From assembly GCF_006345805.1 (NCBI RefSeq), contig NC_043009.1:36084001-36148000 (forward strand): a DNA stretch of 64,000 nt, written 5' to 3'. Of this stretch, positions 1-12,312 are shown in pieces; the first letter of the stretch is position 1, and the number at the start of each line of letters is the position of its first letter. This DNA comes from Octopus sinensis. Taxonomy: Eukaryota. The position numbers and the translations under genes were made by a program. Below the pieces are notes generated by a model, which saw only the letters and a list, made by a program, of their open reading frames with translations, made no database searches and had not been told where the DNA came from.

Positions 1-62
1 ATATTTAGCACAAATGAAAACAAAATATCAATTAATGAACCTTTCTAACTTGAATTATTTAC

Positions 63-457
63 TCTCTATTACTCTTTTACTTGTTTCAGTCACTTGACTG
101 CGACCATGCTGGAGCACCGCCTTTAGTCGAGCAAATCGACCCCAGGACTTATTCTTTGTAAGCCCATTACTTATTCTATCGGTCTCTTTTGCCGAACCGC
201 TAAGTGACGGCGACGTAAACACACCAGCATCGGTTGTCAAGCAATGCTAGGGGGACAAACACAGACACACATATATATATATACATACATATATACGACA
301 GGCTTCTTTCAGTTTCCGTCTACCAAATCCACTCACAAGGCATTGGTCGGCCCGGGGCTATAACAGAAGACACTTGCCCAAGATGCCACGCAGTGGGACT
401 GAACCCGGAACCATGTGGTTGGTTAGCAAGCTACTTACCACACAGCCACTCCTGCGC
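63..457 (-). mobile_element. tRNA-derived CORE-type SINE (family A), full length
   Basis: The reverse complement begins with GGCTGTGTGGT (A-box-like) and GGTTCAGTCCC (B-box-like), then CTTGGGCAAGTGTCTT (CORE-like), an internal (TA)n and an (AAAAGAGT)-type tail. A possible 8-bp TSD TTATTTAC lies at 55-62 and 458-465. Near-identical copies occur at 8.4, 27.8 and 56.4 kb. Confidence 0.9.
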
Positions 458-844
458 TTATTTACAAATAATTTTGGATTAAAACATTTAAAGAAACATT
501 TAGTAGACATCTATTTATAAGAAACTTAAATGTTTACTTACATCGGAAATATTTATTTCAAGCATTTTCCTATAAAGAACTGTTTATGACACTTCCTATT
601 CATACAATTGAAATCTTTCCTGTCGTATTTCAGCCTTTGGCTCTTGGCGACAAAAGATCAAAATCTGCAAAAACTTCAGTTTCATATTCTTCAAATATAT
701 AAAACTGTGTAAAACAGGATTTTCTTCAAAAAAATATATCAACAGCACCAGGAAAAAAATAGGGCATAGATTGGTGGAAATTCCTGCAATCTATATTTCA
801 TATTTTAAAAAAATTTGCAAAACCATATTTCGGTTATTTGTCTT

Positions 845-846
845 GC

Positions 847-888
<42 letters not shown>

Positions 889-950
889 GCGCGCGCGTGT
901 GTGTGTGTGTGTGTGTACGCGCGTGTGTGTGTGTGTGTGTGTGAGAGCGT
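845..950. repeat. (GT)n/(GC)n microsatellite
   Basis: Direct reading of the sequence; it produces the spurious CVCV ORFs. Confidence 0.95.
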
Positions 951-1045
951 GTGTGTATGCTTGTTGTGCATGTGTGTTTATATGTATCTACTCATCTCTC
1001 TTTATTTATATGTATGTATATTTAAATATACGTATGTAATATTAA

Positions 1046-1086
<41 letters not shown>

Positions 1087-1589
1087 AATATAATATATAC
1101 CTGCTAACGAAGAAGCTTAATACGGATCCCTAACTCTAACCTATGCTGTGAACTTGAAGCCTAACATATGATCAACTATAGCACTTACTGAACGTACCTA
1201 TTCGTTTAGATCACCAGTAAACATATTCTATATATATATATATATATATATATTAAGCAAAATATAAGAGTTTAAGCAATCATCTAAGGGATAGATATAT
1301 CCGTAGGCACTCCTGGTGTATTACCTTACTATGTATAGTCCTAGCTATAAGGTATACAGCAGTTAGTAATTTAAAGGTAAAATGTGGTTTAATATATATA
1401 GAGAAGAAAAGATTTGGAGCATCAATTAACAATGAGAAGTTGATCATTGGTATTAAAAAGTCATTATTTAATTGTATTTCGGGACCATTTACAGCTGTTT
1501 CAGTTTATCAAATCGGAGTAAATTTACAGTTACCTCGTTACATTTAACAAACATCTTCAGAATGATTTTAGAGGGTAATGAAAGGATAA

Positions 1590-2620
1590 GAAAGAGAACT
1601 AGAGATTTCATTACCTTTGTGCGCTCAGGTCAGCGGATCCGTTTCAAGAAGAACAAGAAACTTCCTCTGAAAGAGGACAAGTGGAACGGCTATTCGGAGG
1701 TGATTACAGATTTGCCAGGGTGCCAGGGACTCTTTCTCATCCCAGTTGCGAAAAAAAACGGACATTTTAATGTGGTGTGAAGGAAAGGAAGTTGTAAATC
1801 TAGTCGAGTTAACGGTTCCTCATGGACGCCGCTCGGGCTCGAAAGATTGACTGTTAAGCTAATCTCCTAGAGGAATGTGAAGACGCAGGCTGGAAAGCGG
1901 AGAATTTTTCAATCGAAGTCGGGTGTAGAGGGTTTATTGTGGAGGCGCAATGGCCCAGTGGTTAGGGCAGCGGACTCGCGGTCATAGGATCGCGGTTTCG
2001 ATTCCCAGACCGGGCGTTGTGAGTGTTTATTGAGCGAAAACACCTAAAAGCTCCACGAGGCTCCGGCAGGGGATGGTGGTGATCCCTGCTGTACTCTTTC
2101 ACCACAACTTTCTCTCACTCTTACTTCCTGTTCTTACTTCCTGTTTCTGTTGTACCTGTATTTCAAGGGGCCGGCCTTGTCACTCTCTGTGTCACGCTGA
2201 ATATCCCCGAGAACTACGTTAAGGGTTCACGTGTCTGTGGAGTGCTCAGCCACTTACACGTTAATTTCACGAGCAGGCTGTTCCGTTGATTCGGATCAAC
2301 CGGAACCCTCATCGTCGTAACCGACGGAGTGCTTCCACAGAGGGTTTATTGGACACAGTGTGAGACGACTTTGTTATCGTTAGGCCTAACTCATCGTAAG
2401 GTAAATACCACCGTGACCAATATCCAAACTACAGTGGAGAAGGCTAGCCACTGGATCTGGTTAAAAAGAGACGATGAGCGATGGCTAGAGAAATATTGAA
2501 CTATATTTAATAACCAGTTGATCTAGCAAGTGGGGCCTTATATCAGTGAGTGGGGCCGGTACGCATTGTTGCCGTTGAGAGGTAGGCCCCGAAACGGCGC
2601 GCATTCTCTCCTGATGACAC
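1590..2620 (+). mobile_element. 3' fragment of an RLE-endonuclease non-LTR retrotransposon (HERO-like), interrupted by a SINE
   Basis: Across frameshifts it reads ...DILMWCEGKEVVNLVELTVP...EECEDAGWKAENFSIEVGCRGFIGHS...VEKASHWIWLKRDDERWLEKY* (stop 2497-2499). This matches the RLE C-terminus (PD..ELTVP..K..EVGCRGF..WLWL) typical of the HERO clade. Confidence 0.8.
1940..2338 (+). mobile_element. tRNA-derived SINE (family C1) with 13-bp TSD
   Basis: A-box TGGCCCAGTGG, B-box GTTTCGATTCC. The TSD AGAGGGTTTATTG is at 1927-1939 and 2339-2351. Removing the SINE restores GAA GTC GGG TGT AGA GGG TTT ATT GGA CAC (EVGCRGFIGH). Confidence 0.92.
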
Positions 2621-2789
2621 TATACACTTGGTGGCTTCTAGTATGCGGAGTTCTCGACTGGTAGGACTTGCATGTGCATGTTGTTTGCAAGACATATATC
2701 TTATATATATGTGTGTGTGCGCGCGTGTGTGTGTGTGTGTGTGTCTGTCTATCTATCTGTGTCTTTGCGTCTGTGTTTGTTTCCCTATC

Positions 2790-2983
2790 CTACTATCACA
2801 TGACAATAAATGTTGGTGCGTTTGAGTTCCTATAACTACGCGGCTCGGCAAAAGAGACCGATAGGAAAAGCACTAGGCTTACAAAGAATAATTCCTGAGG
2901 TCGATTTCTTCGACTAAAACCCTTTACAGTGGTGCTCCAGCATGGCCGCAGTCAAATGACTGAACCATGTAGAAGAATAAAAG

Positions 2984-2990
<7 letters not shown>
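2790..2990 (+). mobile_element. Family A SINE, 3' half, diverged
   Basis: Contains CGGCAAAAGAGACCGATAG...GGTGCTCCAGCATGGCCGCAGTCAAATGACTGAA, shared with family A copies. Confidence 0.8.
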
Positions 2991-3028
<38 letters not shown>

Positions 3029-3544
3029 CACACTGTACAGTTCTATGGAGTACTACCTTTTTCCGTGACAGACAAAATCCTAAAAGTACTCAGTATGACA
3101 ATATTATGTTGGGAGTGTGTAGAATGTAATATATGTTAGTTTCTTTTATTCCTTTTGTAAGAAATCAATTTCATTAAATCTATTTTAAATGGCCACTAAT
3201 TAACCAATTAAAAAACGCAATAAATTAAACCGGAAATACCATTCCCATTACTTTCTCTTTTTAAAATTGTTTTTCATCTTTCTTTATTTTTATTTTCTGT
3301 TCGTTGTTATTTCGTCTTGATTTGATTTAGAAATTATTATTTATTATTTTTTGAAAATGAAAACAGAATCTTATAAAGTAAAAACATAAAATGAAATACA
3401 TAATGGCGGCGAATAAAGACTATTGAGATCATTTTTATAAAGAATTGGTCACGTGATGCAAATGTATAAACTGAGAAATTGAGTAATTGATCGGTAGCCA
3501 ATGGAATACACAAACATACAAATACATACATAGACTTAAATGTG

Positions 3545-3772
<228 letters not shown>

Positions 3773-3924
3773 GTAGACATGTATGTGCGCGCGTGTGTGA
3801 ATATGTTTCTATATACACTAAAACAGGAATAGGAACCAGGATGTTTTCCTTTATTGGTTACTACGAGAACGATTTCAGAAAAACAGGATATATTTTTAGA
3901 TAAACAATCTTGACAGAACCATTA

Positions 3925-5305
3925 CACTGGTCAACACGATTTTTGGTGCCAAGAAACAAAACACGTTTTTTAGCTAATTTGATGGTATTGATTCCGAAAA
4001 TGACCTTAGTTTTTTATGTTAGCTACCGTTTATGCTGTACTGAAATTGCTCATTTTTGAAAAAGAGATCAGTTTACGATCTTGGCTGATTGCAAAATTTA
4101 GATAAAAAATATAGTAGAAACCCATGAATTTTCAGGTAGGCCGAGCAATTTATGTCAGCTACCTGAAATAAACTATTTTTATAAGAAATAAGTGTTTTTA
4201 AGTCAAAACTTTTCAAACAGAAGTACCGAATTTTTGCAATTTATTGCCAAAATTCAAATTAACTAATAGACTTTATCAGTAATACACTTTAGTAATACAC
4301 TTTAGTAAACCTGATAATTAAGGTAACACCAAAAAATGAAACCCTAAAATCTTCTGTTTGATATTAATAAATTTATCCCATCTTTTTTGTCTCTTCAATT
4401 CGGAAGGAAACCTAGCACATTAAGAGCTTTTGTTTTCACAGTTGGAAAAAAACTCCAACTAAAGACATCCCAATTGAATGCACCTATTCCATTGTACATG
4501 ATGAACATCTTGAAAATGGTTTCACCATGATATCTGCCCTCCATGCGGGATTACGAAGCTACGAAGTAGAATCAGCATAAAGACTCTTTCCATCTCTTGC
4601 TATTGACAGTTTCAGGAGTCTTTCTGTAGGATATTAGGAAAGATCAAATTACCCAAATGTGAACACACAAAGTGTAATGCAAATGCTCAACCAACTCATG
4701 CTATTTTTTAATCATAGAGATAGAATCAAATAACATGGCTTCAACGAGAGGATGCAAAAATGATCCCAACTTATTTTGCTATATATGCGGCGAGTTCACA
4801 CCGAAAGCCAACAGGAAACCGATATCTGACATTTACAAGAAAGCCTATCGTGCCTACTTTCACGTCGAGCTTGATGATCACGACAAATCATGGGCTCCTC
4901 AGATTGTTTGCAAGACATGTTTGGAACACATGAGGCAGTGGACTCCAGGTACCCGAAAATCGTTGAGATTCGCAATTCCTATGATCTTGCGTAAGCCAAA
5001 GAATAGCACTGACGAATGTTACTTCTGCTCAGTCAGTTTTGCGGGACTGAACCAAAAGAAACGCAGATCTATCGACTATTCCAGTCTTCATTCTGCTATT
5101 CAACCAGTGCTGCATTCAGATGATTTGCCAATCCCAGTTTTTCATGAAAATTTGTTGAAACTTGTTGAAAGTGACGGGTCTGATACTGATGTAAATGAGA
5201 GATACAGAGAAAAGGACTATATTCTCGAAACCGTACCAGAGCCGTTTAACCAAAATGAGCTGAATTATTTGGTTTGAGACTTAAAACTAAACAAAGAATC
5301 AGTAA
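3925..5305 (+). mobile_element. Chapaev3-like (CMC superfamily) DNA transposon: left end plus N-terminal transposase, 3'-truncated
   Basis: Begins TTA|CACTGGTCAACA (TWA target plus CAC terminus). ORF 4735-5277 carries C.N.P..FCYICGE...AY..YF....D.DKSWAP..VCK.C...W..G....F.IPM..R.PKN...CYFC...SA..PV.HS...P.P...FNQ.ELN.LV*DL.L.KES, the zinc-finger-rich N-terminus of Chapaev3 transposases. No catalytic core follows. Confidence 0.8.
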
Positions 5306-5609
5306 AAGGCACAAAGGCAACATTCTATCTAATGTGTCTATCTGTTCTAATTTAATTAAATTCTATGTATTTGTGCAGCTGAGGATTGCTCTGCTTTTAA
5401 ATTGATGTAATGATTGCATTGTTCAATTAAATGGAGTTGCAGGAAACGATCGTACTGCATTACCTCTGGATATCCTTGTTGCTTATTTTGATTTTAATCG
5501 CCTTACTTTGAAATTGTATGGATAATACCATACTAAATTCTGGTGCCTCAACTTAAGTACCATGTTCATCTGAATCTAAATTTTTGCTGAACTCATTTCC
5601 AATACCCAA

Positions 5610-5672
5610 AGTATATGTAGATAGATAGATAGATACATACATACATAGATACATAGATAGATACATAGATAA

Positions 5673-5733
<61 letters not shown>

Positions 5734-5780
5734 TAGATACATACATACATACATACATACATACATACATACATACATAC

Positions 5781-5875
<95 letters not shown>
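5610..5875. repeat. (TAGA)n/(TACA)n/(CAGA)n compound microsatellite
   Basis: Direct reading. Confidence 0.95.
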
Positions 5876-5936
5876 TGGATAAAACTGTAGGCGATAATAT
5901 ATGCAAGCATATGTGGTTATGTGTGTACAGAGAGAT

Positions 5937-6830
5937 ACAAGTACGTCTAAGAATATTAAGGAAAAATGAATATTCTGGTCGTAATCTCGCAAATTTTTAT
6001 AATAATTACTGGAGGCTGACAAATGTACCAACACAGACGAGTATGTGAGACGTGTATGTAAATATTCTTATAATATTGAGCACATTTAGTTAACACTCCT
6101 GCAACCAATAGTTTTATACAATTTTTATAACATATAATTTGTGAGTGGAAAATGGCGATCCTGCAGTCAAGGGAAAAATAGTTGTCCATTGATACATTCC
6201 CCAGAGATGGTGCGATACGAGTTATCACTGAAAAAGGTGGCTGTTTCTATCGGAGCATTTCTTTGGAACACCATCTGTACGAGCGAGATGTGACAGAAAG
6301 AGTTGCACCTGTAAGAGAGAACCGACTGCCACTTCGAGAGAAGCGTAAATAATATAGGAGAAATCAATAAAAATTGTACAGAGGCAGATGCTAGGGTATC
6401 GAATACCCCACCTTCGAAATAGTTTTGAAAATGGGGTTCAGCAACCAAGAACCCAATGCTGGGCCACTTATAAACAATGGACAGCGATACAAGTTGTTGA
6501 CATGGACCGGAGTTCAGTACTGAGAAGTGATCCAGAGTGTTGTTCTTTCATGAGAACAAGTTCTGCATCTCATTCATTTGGGGGATGACTAACATGACAC
6601 AGCATCACAAGATTTTGAATTCCAGCTTCAAGGTCCGGCAGTTAGTGGTGATTTGTGGTGTTATGTCATATGAAAGTTTGGGTTACGGAGTTACAGGCAA
6701 GACAATAAACCACCAAGTGATGTTGGAGTACTTCATATGTGCATTAACCAACAGTAATTTGGTGATGACAAATTTCTGTTCCAAGTGGAACTGTCACCTG
6801 CACACAATGCCAAAACATTTCTTTGCCTAG
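5937..6830 (+). mobile_element. Degraded Tc1-like transposon
   Basis: From about 6430, across frameshifts: MGFSNQEPNAGPLINNGQRYKLLTW..., SRVLFFHENKFCISF, SSFKVRQLVVICGVMS, FGDDKFLFQVELSPAHNAK. These correspond to the Tc1 motifs KPLLN.RQR.KRLTW, VLFSDESKFC, SVMIWG and FQQDLAPAH.AK. The 5' boundary is tentative. Confidence 0.7.
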
Positions 6831-6937
6831 TGACTCACCCTTGATATCCTATAAAAAATGTCACTTGAAATGAAGCTTAAGTTGCGTCTCAGCAGTCAGT
6901 GGGAACCATAGGCTGCTACTGGAATGTAGTTAGCTAC

Positions 6938-7036
<99 letters not shown>

Positions 7037-7037
7037 T

Positions 7038-7070
<33 letters not shown>

Positions 7071-7071
<1 letters not shown>

Positions 7072-7873
7072 CCGGAAGGTTACCATAGTAACGCAGCTAA
7101 AGCATGCAGAGTAAAGCCGTTTGGCAAAGACTGACCTTGAACTCTGCTGTGTATATACAGTAAGTTTTAACGTTCTAGCTCTCTTCCACTGTTTACAACA
7201 ATGCTTCGAAGGAAGGTATGTAGCGTATGATCGTTGCATTAGCCGTGACAGAGGAAGTTGAGCAGAGAATATGCATCTAATTTTGCCAAAAACTGGCGAT
7301 ACCTGCTCAGAGGTATATGCAATGTTTCCAAAATGTTTTTATTGTTCTCGACACAATCAAGGAGATCTTGTGTCTGAAAGCAATTTTGGCACAAACTTGG
7401 TAAACACGCATCTCATACCCAAATCTTCAGTCGTAATGGACTGAACTGAACCATAACTAATCTGCACATCCTCTGATAACTCACAGATGATGATTCGACG
7501 ATTTGCTCTCACAGCTACACACACATCTGCTATGTTTTTCTCAGCTCTGTTGGTTGCGTGTTTCCCAACAGTTCGTCAATACTGACATTTTTCAGCCATC
7601 TTGGAAACCTCTGAATCACTCGTATGTCTCATACACTCCTTTCCATACACTTTCTGCAGCATTGCGCTGCCTCTGAGCAGGTCAATGCGACGATCACTCT
7701 CTACACACCTTCCATTCAAGCACTGCTGTAAACAGCTAAAGTGAGCTAGAACGTTAAAACATTCTGCAGATGCAGAACAGAGTTCAAGGTCAGTCTTTGC
7801 CTTGTAACTTCAATCTGCGTGCTTTAGCTTCGTTATTATGACAACAATCCGGATACTTATTAATCAAACCTCG
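7071..7873. mobile_element. Two related mariner 5' segments joined in inverted orientation
   Basis: The + strand 7071-7330 encodes TEEVEQRICI...GDTCSEVYAM. The - strand 7873-7320 starts with the terminus CGAGGTTTGATTAATAAGTATCCGGA and encodes ..TEDLGMRCVFTKFVPKLLSD..NNKNILET. The two arms are clearly homologous by eye. Confidence 0.75.
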
Positions 7874-8072
7874 TGTGCGCGTATATATATATATATATAT
7901 ACATACATATATATATTATATATGTATATGTATATTTACATATATACATATATATATATACACATACATTCATACAGGCAGACACATATACATACTGGCG
8001 CATAAGCATGTGTGTGTGTGTGTATATGTAGATATATATATATATATACGCGTGTATACGCGTGTGTGCGTG

Positions 8073-8137
<65 letters not shown>

Positions 8138-8419
8138 ATGTGCATTTGCATCCCCATCCACAAAGACACACTCATACCTTATAGATGCATATTGGCTTGT
8201 TAGCCGTGTCCTTATAGGCGTGGAAATGAGAGTTAACACAAAAGTAGAATAATTTTGCTATATACACATAAACATACTGGCTCACATAAATGTGAATACA
8301 TGTGAATATATACACACATTGCCACATAATATATCTGCATGTATCTATATGAACACATGCATATACAGACATCTAAGCAGACACACAGATGTACATTCAT
8401 ATACGCATATGTACATATA

Positions 8420-8844
8420 CTCTTTTTTTTCTCTTTTTTTACTCTTTTTACTTGTTTCAGTCATTTGACTGCGGCCATGCTGGAGCACCGCCTTTAGTCG
8501 AGCAAATCGACCCCGGGACTTATTCTTTGTAAGCCCAGTACTTATTCTATCGGTCTCTTTTGCCGAACCGCTAAGTTACGGGGACGTAAACGCAGCAGCA
8601 TCGGTTGTCAAGCAATGCTAGGGGAACAAACACAGACACACAAACATATTCACACACACTTATATATATATACATATATACGACAGGCTTCTTTCAGTTT
8701 CCGTCTACCAAATCCACTCACAAGGCATTGGTCGGCCCGGGGCTATAGCAGAAGACACTTGCCCAAGATGCCACGCAGTGGGACTGAACCGGAACCATGT
8801 GGTTGGTTAGCAAGCTACTTACCAAACAGCCACTCCTGCGCCTA
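8420..8844 (-). mobile_element. Family A SINE, full length
   Basis: Near-identical to 63-457; possible TSD TACATATA at 8412-8419 and 8845-8852. Confidence 0.9.
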
Positions 8845-9121
8845 TACATATATATTTTGACATACACGCACTCTCACATTTATGAGGATACATACACGTG
8901 TTGCCATACAATGCATACACATGCGCAATACATATACATGCTGGCAGGCATACGATTACATGTGCATAGAGGAATATGATATAATTATAAATTTAATATT
9001 AATAGAATAATAAAAATGATAATAATAATGACAAGAATATTCTTAATAAAGTTCATAAAAATGGTACTATCATGATGTAGAATATAACCGTGTGGCGTAC
9101 GAATCATATTAATACATACAA

Positions 9122-9198
<77 letters not shown>

Positions 9199-10082
9199 AT
9201 GTATATATATATGTTTATATATATATATATATATATATATACACAATTCATAAAAATGGTACAATCATGATATAGAATATAACTGTGTGGCGTACGAATT
9301 ACATGCATATACATGCATATATGAATATACATACACACATATACATATGTCTTTTACTTTCCACTTAGACTGTGGCCGTGCTGGGGTACCACCTTAAGGA
9401 ATTTTAATCGATCTAATCGACCCTAGTACTTATCTGTGTGTTTTTATATCCTTGTTGCTATATATGGTCTGATGAGTAGCATGTGGGATTGTAACTGAAA
9501 TGTCGGTGCTAGGGTGTAGCAAGTAGATAATAGATGTTTGTGTGCGTATGCGTGTGTGCTGTGAATGTTTAGCAACAAGTGTATGTGTATACTGTTTAAA
9601 CCTGTTGGTGCCTATAGTGTTAGGGTTTTTGTTAAACGGTACGATCGAGTTATTTAAATGAACTGTAGGTGTGTGGGATGTGTGATTGTGAAGTGAAGTT
9701 AAAGGAAAAGCGGTTGGGAATTTAGATTGTTATGACCAAAGTCTGAAGAGAAAAAAAATTAATTCCTGTTCCAGATGGACGCACGAGTCTGGGGGGGTCT
9801 TTGACCAAGGACAGTCCGAACACAGATATATGTTGAAGGGAATGACCAGCTGATCGGAAGTGGCACGAAACAGTTGTGTTATTACCGAGTCTTATATCTG
9901 ACCAGCTGAGCTGAAGTGATACGAAACCGTTGTACCATTACCGAGTCTTATTTCCCGAAAATGTCAGACAGAACTGTCAGGCTACGACAGCCAGTTTGTC
10001 CCCTGTAAAAGGAGAGGAAAAAAGAGTAAAGAAAGCAGTAAATGAGATTACTGGAGATACTTGTGGAGGAGTCGGTGACATA

Positions 10083-10335
10083 GAAGGAGTGATGGCAGAA
10101 ACGTTAGTACGCCGGGCGAAGGAGTGATGGCAGAAACGTTAGCACGCCGGGCGAAATGCGTAGCCGTAACGTTCTGAGTTCAAATTCCGCCGAGGTCGAC
10201 TTTGCTTTTCATCCTTTCGGGGTCGATTAAATAAGTACCAGTTACACACTGGGGTCGATACAATCGACTTAATCCGTTTGTCTGTCCTTGTTTGTCCTCT
10301 CTGTGTTTAGCTCCTTGTGGGTAGTAAAGAAATAG
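10083..10335 (+). mobile_element. tRNA-derived SINE (family B) with a tandemly duplicated 35-bp head
   Basis: GAAGGAGTGATGGCAGAAACGTTAG(T/C)ACGCCGGGC occurs twice (10083-10117, 10118-10152). It is followed by B-box GAGTTCAAATTCC, the central TTTCATCCTTTCGGGGTCGATTAAATAAGTACCAG and the tail CTTGTGGGTAGTAAAGAAATAG. Confidence 0.88.
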
Positions 10336-11459
10336 GTGGCGTTAGAGGAGAAAGGGGAAGCGTGGCAACGGGGCGAATACATGTGTATGTGCATGTTCGT
10401 GTATTTATACGTACATACGTGTGTGTGTGTGTGTGTTTTATGTGTATGAAATTAAGAGAATGCTCACAAAAATTTAATTAATTCTATATCATATACCAAA
10501 AGTTCTTGCTTGAACAATCTCCAATAGTAAACAGTAAATGGTTTGTGATTTCATTAACACAGTGGAAAGTAACGATATGAGAATAATGAGATTAATAAAA
10601 AGTTAGCTGTGCATAATATGCCGTGAGAGTACAGGCGTACACATGCACGCGCGCATGAACAAACACACGCGCGCGTGCCCACACATACACACGCGCGCGC
10701 GTACAAACATACATACATATACGTGTGTGTATGTATGTGTGCACATAATTCAAAATCAATTAATTTCTAATGTAAGTGTATTTGTAAGAACGATGTATAC
10801 AAGAAGACAATGGCTAGTGCTAAATTGATATGTTGGTAACTAATGGAAATTACCTATCGGTCAATGAATTTTAAGTCAGCCCAGCTTGTCTCGTGATTTT
10901 AGATAACTGATTCTTTTCTATCGAACCATCTCAAAGAGTTAATGGTTGTCTGGTAACTACAGAAACACAACAGTGAAAGAGATCAAAGCAAAGCAGTTTA
11001 TGTATAGTAGCCACCACGTTACTCAAACGGCGAAATGCTAAAATGCATACATATATATATGTCTGTCATATACACATACATGCATGAATACTCACGCGCA
11101 CGCACATATGCATGCATACATAAATACATACATACATGCATGCATACATACTTACATGCATACAAATATACATACATACATACATACATACATACATACA
11201 TACATAGATTCATACATACGACCGAATGAACAATTGAAAGAAGTGGCACCTAAAACACTCGGTAAAACTTACATATATTTTCTATAATAGCTTGACTAGG
11301 CTCCATTTGACTTACAGTTTTGTGGTCACTTAGATGATGTCCATCTCATTCAGAAATCAGAAGAGTGAGAGGATGGGGAGAAATTCAAAATTGTTTCTAG
11401 CTTTTAGGATGCTATTGTATAAATTGTATGAATAAAAAGTATGCGCTCTTACACCAATA

Positions 11460-12312
11460 TAAAAATGACCAAATAACCTTTCAGAATTATAATACCTTAT
11501 AATACCTACAAAACGCTACTCACTACAATTATAAAATGGGCTAAATATGAATATTTTCAAAATAAATTTCATGCAAACCTTGGTGTTGCGAAGAAAACAT
11601 GGAAAATAATAAACTAACTCACAAGCAATCAAAAAAAGAAACATGGTTCATGAAATTTTACAGGAAAATAAATCACTTTCTAACCCACATGATACAGTAT
11701 GCTCCTTCAATAATTACTTCTCTAATGTAGCTACAAACCTTAACAATCAGATAAAACTCTCCTCCCAAACACCCACCCACCCACCCCTGTTGTCCTACAT
11801 GGTAACCCAAACTCTTTCTTTGCATTTCCTTCTTTCCTAGACGAAGTAAGATCAGTTAAAAAGTCCCTTAAAAATAAACCAGACTCAAATGAAAATATCC
11901 CTTCATATATTTACAAACATACTGTTGACATAATCGACTTACCTATTGCAATGCCCTTTTCTGAATCAATTGCACAAGGCGTATTCCCTGGCTGTCTAAA
12001 AACGACACGTGTCATTCCAGTTTATAAAACAGGTGCCTCTAACCTTGTAATTAACTACAGACCTATATCTACCCTCTCTACTCACTCGAAGATTTTTGAA
12101 AAGTTAATGTACAAGAGACTACAGTCATTTCTCAGTCTTAACAAAATACTATTAAATCACCAATTTAGCTTCAAAGAAAACTTAGTACTGCTGATGCAAT
12201 CTTTGAATTTCTAGATCATGACTACAGTTCACTAAACATCTCTAAATATTTCTTTGCACTTTACTTAGATATCAGTAAAGCGTTCGATTCTGTACATTCA
12301 AATATATTGTTT
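11460..12312 (+). mobile_element. CR1/L2-group LINE reverse transcriptase fragment
   Basis: FPGCLKTTRVIPVYKTG...NYRPISTLSTHSKIFEKLMYKRL...HQFSF...STADAI...LYLDISKAFDSVH (RT domains 0-3), with frameshifts. Confidence 0.88.

Noticed and set aside
542-783. Minus-strand exon bounded by GATTGCAG| and |GTAAGT
   Set aside because: All three frames contain stops, so it cannot be supported as coding.
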